DNA of 64,000 nt from Macrostomum lignano (lineage: Eukaryota): NCBI GenBank assembly GCA_002269645.1, contig NIVC01000038.1, positions 1,446,197-1,510,196 on the forward strand. The letters are read 5' to 3'. This document shows positions 30,928 to 42,642 of the stretch, piece after piece. Every line of letters begins with the position of its first letter. Position 1 is the first letter of the stretch. A model generated the notes under the pieces. It was not told where the DNA came from and ran no database searches. It was given only the letters and a program-made list of their open reading frames with translations. The translations under genes were made by a program, and so were the position numbers.

Positions 30928-33900
30928 TTTTGTTAATTACTTGATATAACGTGAAGTGCACTTTTTAAGTTAAAGTCTGAACAGGTTCATTGTCTCCATC
31001 TTTTTGAAACCGCATTTTGTTAGATTTGATATTAACGTGAAAAGCACTTAAGTTAAAGTCTGAACAGGTTCATTATCTCCATCTTTTAAACTGTTAAAAC
31101 TACATAGTTAATTGTTTCTAATGAAATAAATATTTAAAAATTTACAAGGACAATTTTCGTTGCTTTCAAGGCATTGAATTTTTTTCTTCAGAATTAGAGT
31201 TTTAAATTTTTCATTTGGATAGGATAAAACATAAAATCATGCTTAAAGTTATCTAACGTATATGGCTTTAATGTTTCACACCTACAAAGACTCTATAGCT
31301 AGTTAGCTATTGTGACAAGGTTAAGATATTTACATGTAGGAGTATAATAGGAAGATAAGAAATATAGGATTTCGATCGATTGATGACAAATATTTATTTG
31401 ACACAATTCTCACAGCTCAGGCATTTTAGTGAACAAACAAGTTCTGTTCTGTCACACTTTGCAATGCAGGGGCTAAATCATCTAAATCAACTAGTAGGCA
31501 GCACTGAATCCAGCCTATCAATCCATGTATATTTTAAATAACTGAATATGGTTTTGCTCACTTGCTCATGCAGGATATAATACCCCGCTTTGAGAGAAAA
31601 AGCAATTTTTTCGACTTTTTTAAAGTTCAAAACAGTTTGTTATTGTCAGAGAACAATTTTTTAATCGATTCGAACTCTTTTGTACAGAAGTAGTACTACA
31701 GATAACACAGCTAGCAGATGAGAGATGTTTGTGACGTTGTCAGTTTCAGTAGCCCCGCCAAGGGCCGTTTGGACATACGGTACCAATATTTTAATATTAC
31801 TAGTTCCGTATTCTCACGTTTACTGTAAGTAGTGCCCTAGGAATCTAATCAGCTGCGTACAATTGTAACCCCGCGTTCAGCGCGCGATCAATAATTTCTG
31901 TTCTTGTTTTTCTCAGTCAGCCAATAGAAATACGCCGCATTAATTATACTAATTTCTCTCGCGCGCCACCCCCAGCCCGGTCCTTATCAGTTCTGTCTGG
32001 CCGTGCGCTCGGGCCCCACTCTCCTTTCGTCCCTTTGCCTTAGCTCCGCCGCCACCCCGTCTGGGGCCTTCGCCTGTTTAGACTTCGTTAGACTCTCGCA
32101 CCCTTGCGAGCCCGTGTAGCTTGTAGGCTCTGACTGCCTTTGCTTGATCATTTGCCTTCTCTCCGCCACGATTTTAGCCACGCTATTGCCACTCCAAGTC
32201 ACGCCACTGCTACTACTTAAACTATTTGCTCTATTGTTGCGTGGTTGCCAGCGCATTGTTAATCAAAGTACAAGACGTAATAATAAACTAAATCTGCAGC
32301 CAACGTTCGCAATAACGCTGATCCATTTACTGCCAAGTGCTACCGCTACAATTCCGCTTTCACTACATTATTTGCCTTCGCTTGTTCTCGAGACCACCAC
32401 GACAATATCGTCACAATGTTGAAAGTCAGGCAATGCATTAATAAAATAGAAGTTTTGTTGTTGTCTAAGTGCTATCCAACTATTAAGCGCCCTTTTACGC
32501 TTCAAAATTCTCATTTTAATTTTTTTTGAAATTCTAGAAGCGATCAAATCTAGTTCGTCACATTTAGTTCCTGTTAGCTATATTTATATCTTATTCGTAC
32601 ACTTGCATTTTGACTTAATACGTATTTTGTGCACTTTTTGTTAAGGAAAGGAATTAAAAATTGTTCAAATTATATACGAAAAAATCATATTAGCTTAACT
32701 ATGTGCAACTACGTGAGCCAAACGTGACCAACATAATTACCTAATAATAATGAGAGCTCATTTTCTTAATTGAGCATTCGACGTTTCGATGTTCTGTATG
32801 TTCTCATACAGTCATAAACCAAGAGTTAGAATAAGAGTTCATATAAAACAAACACATTTTTAGCAATAAAATTGTGTGATCATGATCCCAAGAAGCTTAA
32901 TATACTGTAAAATATTTTTAATTCAGCTATCAGAATGAGCTATAGCTACTGGCGAAGTACCATATCATGATTTGTCCTTCCTAAATAGTCTGAAGTAGGC
33001 CAAAAAGGACGGAATTTTATAGCTGAATCTGTAATATTTCGCATTCTGTCATATTCTGCAATAAAGTTTTTCCTATCTATTTTTTTCTGTCACATTGTCA
33101 TATTTCAACATTTCTGTCACAATGTATACCCATGGATTAGTTTAGAGGCTAGACCAGCAAGAGAGCGTCTTGCTCCAGATAGATTAACTGTCAGGCCAAA
33201 TCAGAAAAGTTATTCACAGAGGATAGCGGCGTTGTTTAACCCATTTAACCTATTACAGCCTAAGAACAAATTAACAATGGCCGACGCCCCATTGCGAGTA
33301 TATGCTAAGAAGAAAATCTACGGCCAAAAGAGAAGGCATAAAGAGCAGGAAGACAACGAGCTCCCGCGAGTTAGGGCCGTACACATAGCAAATCAAGAAG
33401 AACAATGTAAGAAGCACAAGCTGAGAGAAGAAGATAGCGAGCCGAAGGGGAATTTAGTTATCAATGTAGATTGATAACGCTCTTCATGGAGGAGATCCGG
33501 TAGCAGGAAGGAGTAGATCCCATCGACGAACAGGACGAGACCAACTGACGTGCCGGCCAGAGTAGAGCCAGCCTGGGCCTGCACCAGACTCGCTCGTAAA
33601 CTACGCAACACTACTCAGTGGACCTGGGCGAGGAGCCAGCCCCTGAGAGGACCGAAAGCAAACGGCAGGACAGCCCCGGCACGCAGGTGCGAAATTTGCG
33701 CAGGTGCCGCCGCGACCTTAAGCGATTTATTCTAACAACGGGACGAACGGGATAATTCAAGGCCGAGTTATCGGAGGCCTGCATTCAATTACTGGCCACT
33801 ACCCCGCCGGCCACTACCCCGCCGAAGCGGTAAGGTGCTTCGAGATCACCTGCTCTTACTGCTTGCAGTACGCGGAAGGAAAGGTGAGAGGTTTAATTTG

Positions 33901-34966
33901 CATGAAGGCGACTACCGAACAACTCGAGTCCATTGCCGGCCAGATTGACCCAACTCACCGACTAATCCCGGTCAACGGGTTACTCTACCTATCTGCCCAG
34001 AATACTCTAAACCTCCGGCCGGCTAAGAAGGACTGGGAAATCCAACTAGATAATTCTTCCGAAACAACATTATTTACACGTGCTCGATGCTATCATATTT
34101 TTCGTTTTTTTACCATCTTTCGGAATTTCTAAGAATAAATACCTTGCCAAAAATTTACCGCTTTTTTGCACCGCATTTTTTCGTGTGTTGTTGTTGTTAG
34201 TATACACTTGCCATTCTGGACATGCTTAGTTGTCATTATTACTATAGAAATAGAAATACTATTCATAATAATTTCAACTTGCTTATGTAAGATGCTCGAC
34301 ATTTAGTATATCCGGCTAAGTATCATCGAAGTGCGCTCATTCATGTACTCATTACGTGACCAAATAATTTTACTGTGCATGTAATTAATATTTTCTTCTC
34401 ACTTACCTATACGCATATTCATAATAATTTCGTATGCTCACAACATTAAGTTATAAATCCAGTATATCGCTGGTAAGTGCATTAATATTTCCTTGTGCTT
34501 AACTAATTTCAAATACTTAAATAAATACAAATAATTAATGTACAAAAGAGGTTTTGCACATTTTGTAGTGAGGGGGAAATGTAGTAGAGCATTATTTTAG
34601 GAGTAGAATTAGACACGAGTTAAATATGCTTTTACGCTACTAACAGTAGTTTCAGCTAGGGGAAATAATTAGAGCAGGGGTAAATCGCTAACTTTGGGGT
34701 TTCTTTACAACTAAAGAGCAGTTGGGCTCCAAGCCCAAGACCAGAGCGGCAACGTTGGTGCGGGGCGTGGCGCAGCACAACGGTCCAACAACCAAGGACG
34801 CTCATACGCGTCAGCTGCGGGTCAAGATAGAAATAGAAATTATCAAATTAATAATAATAATAACAATAATGCTGCACCTGGCCGGCAGAATGTTGTTCCC
34901 GTAGTACTTACTTTTGACGGCGACACCGGCGACAGCAGCTTTTCTCAAATTAGTTTTCTCAAGTGG

Positions 34967-36262
34967 TTGGCGGCCAATTTTCAGGGCAACGCCCGAGCCA
35001 CGCTGACCAGGCCAACTAGCTCGAAAAACGGATATCTAGTCTTCCCAGCGACGCCCAGGGATCACCAGATCTTTCTCCGAGGGCATCTGAGGGAGCCGAA
35101 CTTCAATAGCGTAGCGGTTAACCGTAGGCTGCTAAACGCCAGACCAACGCACAACAGACCCGCTGGCCGGCCACCTCCAGTTCAATCGGTGCACTCCGTG
35201 GTTGTTCGAGGAGTGCCGGTTGAGATCGAGATGCCGGCATTTATCCAGCACCTGCGGGAGGACGTTGGGTTGAAGGTCGTCTCAGCTAGCCGCATCACAT
35301 CGCGAGCAAGTAATGAGCCGACTCACCTCGTCCGACTGTTTTTGCCAAATAAGAGCACTGCGGATGCATGCCTTGCAACAGGCATCGTATCGCAGTTTAC
35401 TAGATATGCCTGCAAACCGAGTAAGACTGCTGCTCCGGCTAGGGCGCTCCAATGCCGTAAGTGCCAGCGATTCGGCCACAGCGCGAACAGATGTCGTGCT
35501 GCTCCGCGCTGCAATATCTGTGCGGCGGCGCATCGCTGGCAAGAGTGCCCGAACCCGGAAGCAGCGAAATATGCCAACTGTGGTGAGGCCCACCGTGCAA
35601 ATCACCGAAACTGCCCGGTAGCGGCCGAGAAGCACGACCAGGCTGCCCGACGCGCTGCAGCCTTTCAAGCCGGTGCCCGGGAAGCCACGGTAGCAACAGC
35701 TCCGCCACAAGCACAGGCAGCAGCAGCAACTGAACGAGCTGCACCAATAGCAACGTCGGCGGCGACGGCAGCAACAGCAGCAGCAGCAGCGCCACCCGCC
35801 CCCGTACCACGACCTGCTTCGATGACTGCGCCTAGGCCGGCCGAGACCGCTGCACGGGCGTCAACGGCGACGGGGGGCAACGATGATGACTCGACCTGGC
35901 TCACAGGCCGTGGCCTCCCTAGTCGAAAGCGCCCTGTGCGCGACTCGGCTGACTCGATTACTCAGACGCAGCCGCCAAGTGACTTGTCGCCAAATAACAG
36001 CGCGATGCCCAATATGCTAGCCGAAATGGAAGCCATGGTAAGTGGGCTCCTTCCCAGGCTGGTTCAAGCACTCGTAGAGGTGCTCACGACCCTCGCGCCG
36101 AACCTAGTCGAACGGCCGCCTACTACTGATGGTACCGGTCATTCGTTGCCGGAAGTAGTAGGTAGGGTTCTGACCCGGGTCCTCGCGGGGGGGTCGGAAG
36201 ATCACCAAGGTTTTGGTCAGCTGCTTGGCGCCCCTCGGCGCTGGGTGGATGGCCAGACCTAG
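34967..36262 (+). CDS. LINE A ORF1: RRM-like region plus three CCHC knuckles (third degenerate)
   Basis: VVVRGVP..LVRLFL..QCRKCQRFGHSANRC..RCNICAAAH..EC..KYANCGEAHRANHRNCP, followed by an Ala/Thr-rich tail. Confidence 0.9.
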   Translation: MAANFQGNARATLTRPTSSKNGYLVFPATPRDHQIFLRGHLREPNFNSVAVNRRLLNARPTHNRPAGRPPPVQSVHSVVVRGVPVEIEMPAFIQHLREDVGLKVVSASRITSRASNEPTHLVRLFLPNKSTADACLATGIVSQFTRYACKPSKTAAPARALQCRKCQRFGHSANRCRAAPRCNICAAAHRWQECPNPEAAKYANCGEAHRANHRNCPVAAEKHDQAARRAAAFQAGAREATVATAPPQAQAAAATERAAPIATSAATAATAAAAAPPAPVPRPASMTAPRPAETAARASTATGGNDDDSTWLTGRGLPSRKRPVRDSADSITQTQPPSDLSPNNSAMPNMLAEMEAMVSGLLPRLVQALVEVLTTLAPNLVERPPTTDGTGHSLPEVVGRVLTRVLAGGSEDHQGFGQLLGAPRRWVDGQT

Positions 36263-36321
36263 ATAAAAATATATAGTGAATAACTTTCGGTAACAATGCG
36301 CAAGATAGCTCTAACCCCACA

Positions 36322-39062
36322 GCCCTAGGGCTTAAGATCGCTCACCTAAACTGCAGGGGGATTAAAAGAATTTCGCTCACCGAAATTAAAAGAACTCAGG
36401 CTCTGGGTCTCAGACCAAAAGTTGGATATAGCTATGTTTTCTGAGACCATCCTGAAAAATACCCAAGTATGCACATTTCCGTGCTATGCTGCAGTGCGGT
36501 TTGACCTTCCGAATACGAAGCGTGGACTCCTCCTTGTTCACTCCCCGAGGGTCAAGGTAGCTGACGTCCAGCTCTCGTATGACAACATCAACCATGAAGT
36601 TCTTACCTGCACAGTCACCCCTCTTGACGGAGCTTGCCCTGCTTTTAAACTGGCCTTAGTCTATCGGTTACCATCGCCGGACAACCTTGATGTCGGACTA
36701 ATGACACGGCTGTCTTCGGCCAGGTTCTCCCTTATTATGGGTGACCTCAACGCCAGGCACAACTTTTTGGGGGGCGAGAGTCGCAACAACAGAGCGGGTC
36801 AACAGCTTCACGATTGGCTCTGCGGCGACACTATTCATCGTCCCACCGTACTCAACCAACCAGGTCAATTTACCAGGATTGCCCACAGGAACGGCACGGT
36901 CTCTCGGAATGTGCTGGACCTTGGTCTGGCCTCCAGTGACCTAGTCCCCTACATCCAGGACTTCAAAGTGGGTGATGACCTGAATAGTGACCACCTTCCA
37001 ATTATTCTCACCCTGGCGAGCAACTCCCCAGACTGGCACGGGCCGGAGAAGGCCCGAAATTTCGCCAAAGCCAACTGGGAGGAGTTTTAGAACTCGTTGA
37101 TGGAGAAACTGGTTAACAAGTGGCCCCCAGACCTCAACACGAGGCAGCAAATCGATGCGGAGGTCGACACCATCGCGAGTGCTATCCAGGAAACCATTGA
37201 GCAAAATGTCCCGGTCAGAAAAGGCCGTAGAGCCCTCCCTCAAAGGATCATTGCAATGATCAAGGAGAGGAGGAGGCTCCGGCGACTCTTTCACAGTACC
37301 AGGGACGATAACTTCAGGCTCCTTGCGAACAGAAAGGCAAATGAGATCAAGAGTGCCATCCACGCATTTGAGCAAAGCTAATTTACTGAGCTGTGCGAAA
37401 AAATTGTAGAAAAAAGTCAATGCCGGAATGTCAAAGATTTCTGGCAGGACACAAAAAACTAATGGGGCGCAACAAGGGCACCACTATCCCGTCCTTGAAT
37501 GATGGCGCTACCCACGCACACACAGACTCTGACAAAGCTGATATGCTTGCGAGAGCACTTGACGCCAAAATGCGCCCGATTCCATCAACGGATGAAGGTC
37601 TGAAAAAGAAGGTTGAGCAGACTATGAAGCTCCCGCTATTCAGGCCTGTCCCACCGGGCAAAAAACCGCATATGGGGCACCCACTTGAGGCTCCCTTCTC
37701 CGTCACTGATACTCTTTGGGAGTTGGATCACCTCAAGACGGACAGTGCTCCGGGCCTGGACAAAGTGCAAAACTGCGTCCTGAAGTATGGCCTGGAGCCC
37801 ATTGCGGTTACGCGCATAACAAAACTCTTCAACGACTGTTACCGGACAGGGATCTTCCCATCGCAGTGGAAGAAAGCGGTAGTCACCATGATACCCAAGC
37901 CGGACAAACCGCCTGAATCCCCAGGTTCCTATCGGCCCATCAGCCTGACCTCCTGCCTTGGCAAGGTCTTCGAGAAGCTATTGGTGAGGAGGCTGATGAA
38001 ACATCTTGAGGGCCAAGGTATCCTCGGAGCGGATCCGTGCGCCTACAGGAAGGTCCACTCGACGTACGACAACCTGGTCCGCCTCGTCCAGGACGTCCAG
38101 GTAGGCAAAGCCAAACACAAAAGATTGCTGGCCATTCTTCTTGACGTGCAAGCGGCGTTCGACTCTGTGTGGTACGACTTCCTAAGGTTTAGGATGCATG
38201 AAGTCGACACACCGGACGCCCTCGTCAGGATCTGCTCTGACTACCTAGCAGACAGGCTAATGCAGGTGAAGGTCAACGGGGCGCTCAGCCAGTTGTACGA
38301 GTTGCAGGCGGGGGTCCCGCAGGGCGGCATTCTAAGCCCCTTCCTTTACCTGCTCTTCATCAGCACCATGCCACGGCCACAACATCCAAACCTTAAACGC
38401 AGCCAATTCGCCGACGACATGGCCATCTGGGCCTCGGCGGACTCCTTTGCTGGCCTCAAAACGCTCCTGCAACCCTACCTTGACCAAGTGTGGAACTGGT
38501 GTGGAGGCAGGGGATCAAGATCAATGCCGGCAAGAGTCAGGCTATCGCATTCAATTATAAGCCAACTCAGCGGCTCGATCTTCGCCCCAAGCTGAAACTT
38601 GGTGGCACGAGTCTTGAATACCAAGAAGAAGTCCGGTTCCTTGGCATGAACCTGGACTCCAGGCTGACCCTGAACTCTCATATTGACAGAGTTGTCAGCC
38701 ACGGCCGGGCGCTTGCCTTGTCGATCAACCGCATTGCTAAGCTAACCCGGCTGAGCAGTAATACCCTAAAGATGCTTTATAGGGCCTATGTGGAGAGTGT
38801 GCTGACATACGGCGCCCCCATTCTCAATATCATCGCCCCTAGCAACCTCAACAAGTTGCAAAAAATCCAAAACCTAGCCCTTAGGATATGTTATGGTGCC
38901 CCCAGCTACACGCAAGTGGCCTACCTTCACGAATTGGCGGCTATCCCCATGCTGGCTGATAGGATCCAGGCCCTTGGTGTAGGATGGCTGTCCAAGATGA
39001 AGGCCGCTGGGCACCATGACTTTCATATCGAGCCAGAGCTTCCTAGGGCGGCTCGCAACTGA
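36322..39062 (+). pseudogene. LINE A ORF2: APE endonuclease plus reverse transcriptase, with stops and frameshifts
   Basis: HLNCRG, FSET, MGDLNARH, VLDLGL, SDHLP; SYRPISLTSCLGKVFEKL, LDVQAAFDSV, GVPQGGILSP, FADD. Stops at 37088 and 37379; frameshifts near 37390 and 38500. Confidence 0.93.
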
Positions 39063-40579
39063 CCTCCAGTGCTGAACCGGCTATCGGACAGCCTGAAAAG
39101 GAGGCAAGTAAGTAAGTTAGCTGCAGTGAGCGCGGCGGCCCGCGCGGATAATAACCCGCCCTAAACTAACCCTAATTAAGCTCCAAACTAGTATGCGCGT
39201 GCCATGCCATCGGCTTCCCCACCTTTTCGGAATTCTAAATCTTCTTCCCCTTTCCACCCTCTTCAGTATAAAAAAATCCATAAAAAATTTCTTGCTTTAT
39301 TTCCTTTGCCTTCTTCTCCCCTTCTCATATAAATGCCGTATGCCAGCGCAAAACTACTCATATCAAAATACATTGCGGCTAAATATAAAATGGTGAGCGA
39401 GTGCTTGGCTGGTTGGGGAGTGGCCTACAACCCGGATGAAATCTGGGGAGCTGAACCAGTACACTTTTCCTACCTGTGATCGCTCCTGCTTATATTGTGA
39501 TGCGCCGCCGCCTTTTGTATTGTTTTATATTTAGTACTGCCGATTTTACAATCCAATATCTACATGCGCGCCTTTTTACAACTTGGCCAAATTGCGCTTT
39601 TTATCAGGCTTTTGCCACTTTTTATACACCCAAATTATTTTTATTCATATACCAATATTGTTTTTATTTACTACATTTTACCCATCTAGGACGCCATACC
39701 CCAACTAAATTATTTTGTGAAATGTCTGCTACTTGTAGTAGTCATTTTTATTCTTATTTCTTATTTCTTTCCAATATATACTTTTTCTTTTTATTCATCA
39801 ATAACTCAAATATCCTTTACTTCTTACTTTTATCCTAAAATGTCTGCACTACTCCCTTTACTGTATGGTCCAGATCTTTGTGAGGACCCCTCTCTACTAG
39901 AATTCCCTCTATTTTAGTTCAAAATAATTTTAGAATCCAAAATGTAAATATCAATATTCATCGTGTTTTTAAACTCGCGTACCAATACTCGTATTAATTT
40001 TAAACATGCATAATAAATCGGCAGAGCCCTACTTGGGCTGATCCGAGGTGCCCATTACTTGCACCATCGTTTAACAACAACAAAGAGCAGTTGGGCTCCT
40101 TAGAGCAGCCCTTGGTCCGTAGTTGCTTTGATAACTTAAAATCAATTAAGTAGTGAGCTACTAAAGGTATCCACAGTGTGGGCCTCGGGTAGCTCTTGCT
40201 TAATTGTGCTTAAGCATCTGGGGTGACTACTCTCCTGGCGTCGGCATCGACCTCGGCAGTGACTTTCGGCGACCTCGGCTTCCGCGGCGACTTCAGCGAC
40301 TCCGGCCTCGTCAGCGGCTTCTCGGCGCCTGTAGCCTCGGCGACTTCGACGGCCCGTTGTCTCGGCGGCTCGGCTGGTCGGCAGCTCGGTGACTCGTCAG
40401 CGCGGCGCCAGGTGCCTGCAATTGTTCGGCCAGCCTCGCGCGACGTCTGCAACACGGCGCCAGGTCTACCTGCCTAGTAGATACCAGAGCATAGCATCGT
40501 TTTAAGGACTTTTCTTGTACTCTCTAGAATTAGCTCTACTTTAAGTAGTATCATTTGATTTTTAAAACTTTTATTAGTT

Positions 40580-40968
40580 TTAGAAATGGCCAGCTTGACA
40601 GAAATGATCAATGGCACCCAGAGATTATCAAACTAGTCACCTGGCTCTACGTTGAACTGGGATTACCACTCTTCAACTCCTGTCTTATCAACTTCTATGA
40701 AGATGGTAACACGACTATTCCATGGAACGCCGACAACGAGCCTGAGCTTGGAGTCAACCCTACTACGCTCGTATAGCCTCTATCTCGTTAGGTGCTCAAA
40801 GAGAGTTAGTAGTCAAGGCCAACACCTCAAAAATATTGTGTTCAAACAACACCTGGCCAGCGGCAGCGTTCTCATTATGAGTGGCTCAACCCAGCAGCAC
40901 TTCTAACATTGCATCACGAAGGACCCAAAGGTCAAAAATATGAGAATCGACTTAACTTTCCGAACAAC
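40580..40968 (+). pseudogene. AlkB-family (ALKBH2/3-like) 2OG-Fe(II) dioxygenase domain, C-terminal two-thirds
   Basis: FNSCLINFYEDGNTTIPWNADNEPELGVNPT / IASISLGAQRE / LASGSVLIMSGSTQQHF*HCI / MRIDLTFR correspond to the HxD, H and RxxxxxR motifs. Two frameshifts and one stop. Confidence 0.9.
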
Positions 40969-41253
40969 TCAAGACCCGGCACCGATCACGCCGCACTTCA
41001 ATCCTTGCGTGTGTCCAGCAGATGATGCCATTGAACAGCAGCCAATCACCTGTGACCTAGACAATGAAGAGTCAATTCGCCTAAAAGCTCAAGAAGAAAA
41101 AGCCAACTTTGAGCGCATTAGACAATTAAGCCAATCCAGCACTAGTTCTTATCGCCAGCACAATCAATCTAACAACCAAACTAAAGCTAAGGGGTCTGCA
41201 CCGGTAATTTTCGAAGTCGCCTAGAAGGGAAGGACCCCATCCAGTTCGAATGG

Positions 41254-42550
41254 TTGCTCAAGACCAATTTTCCTAACATCAGGGTCAAATCTGTCAAAGA
41301 ATTGTACCATTCATCTGGTTACATAGTAATTCCTGAACATCCTAAAGACTTCAATGTACTCCTAAATGGGCCGCTTAAAGTAGACTCCATCAATGGGCAA
41401 AAAGTTACTCGCAGACTTGCCTCTAAACGACCAACCCGTCAAGGCGATGATCGATCACAAATTCTAGGACCTCTCAAGGCACCAAATGTACACTCATTCA
41501 TAGTAAAAATGTAAAAAATGCGGTTGATGTCAGCGGCCTAGCGAAACACCTCTCGGAGGGTGACCAGCAGCTTCCAATTGATGGGGCTGTCCGCATCTAC
41601 TCGAAGGCTACCGGTCAAGCTACCCCCTTTGTCCGCCTCTTCACTAAATGCCGTGGCGCCATGGACCACTGCATTGAATATGGCATCTACCTTGGACTGG
41701 TCCGGTCCGCTGTGAAGCCTCAACCAGCCTTCCACCAGTCAAAGCGATTCAATGCAAACGTTGCCAAGGCTTTGGTCACCTCGAGACTCGATGCACAGCT
41801 GGTTTCAAGTGCAACAAATGTGCTCAAGACCACTACTCTGGCGATTGTCCAAAGGAGCACAAGTTCAAGTGCGCAAATTGCAAAGGATAGTACCCGGCTT
41901 ATTCCTACAAATGTCCAATGGTCAAGAAGGCCAACGAAGCTGCTACAAGTAAAGAACACGAGCGCATTAACAACTTAAAACTAAAACAAAAACAAAAACA
42001 AACTTACCGGAATAACCAGTTGCCATTTGGGAGCCAGACCCTTGGGGAGGTTTTCGGCGTTCCAGGTCCGCAGTCCTATGCCGAGATGTTGCGTCCCAAA
42101 CCAGTTCTGCCATCCATGGGTCCAATTGCCTACTCCAACCGAGCTGCTCAGGCTTTCATCTCAGCCTCGGCTCAGCCTGCTGACTCTCTGGCCGCCGCCG
42201 CTGCCGCCGCTGCCAACCATCAAGCGCTGCTTGGTGCAACCAATCCATCTGAGTTCACAACAGCTGCTCCAGCCAATCCGGTCTCGACGCAATCTGGAGT
42301 TGATTCTACTAATCAATCAGGACCATGTGAGAGGGGCCTTTTCTCTCGGGAAGACGTGCTCGAGGTTGCGTTGCAGGCGCTTGACCGACTCATGAGCATA
42401 GAACCAGGACGGATGTTCACCCCCTGGGAGGCGGGGCAACTTGTCTTCCGGGTGGTGTCTAAAGTCGTAAGGGTGTTCAGGAATCAGAGAGTGCCTGTTG
42501 CAGAGTCAGGGGACACCAAAGTCGCGCAAGCGAACGGAGGTGGAACCTGA
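41254..42550 (+). pseudogene. LINE B ORF1 gag-like part with three CCHC knuckles
   Basis: PFVRLF; frameshifted CKRCQGFGHLETRC, CNKCAQDHYSGDC and CANCKG*YPAYSYKCP; low-complexity tail. Confidence 0.85.
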
Positions 42551-42642
42551 ACTCTCTGATTATAAGTTGCTTAGCTTAGTTCAATACGATATTCAATTCT
42601 ACTCGTAAAACTCCTACGACAAATACCAAAAGTCACTCCGTT

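Larger units (their letters stand above)
34731..40081 (+). mobile_element. Near full-length Jockey/I-group-like LINE (element A), no RNase H
   Basis: 5' UTR, gag-like ORF1, APE-RT ORF2, about 1 kb 3' UTR and (AAC)3 tail. Flanked by the 18-bp direct repeat AAAGAGCAGTTGGGCTCC (34713-34730, 40082-40099). Confidence 0.95.

Noticed and set aside
33120-34132. Coding-like stretch (RPARERLAPDRL; MADAPLRVYAKK...; ORF 33863)
   Set aside because: Probably a decayed TE ORF, but it has multiple stops and no recognisable domain, so no call is supportable.
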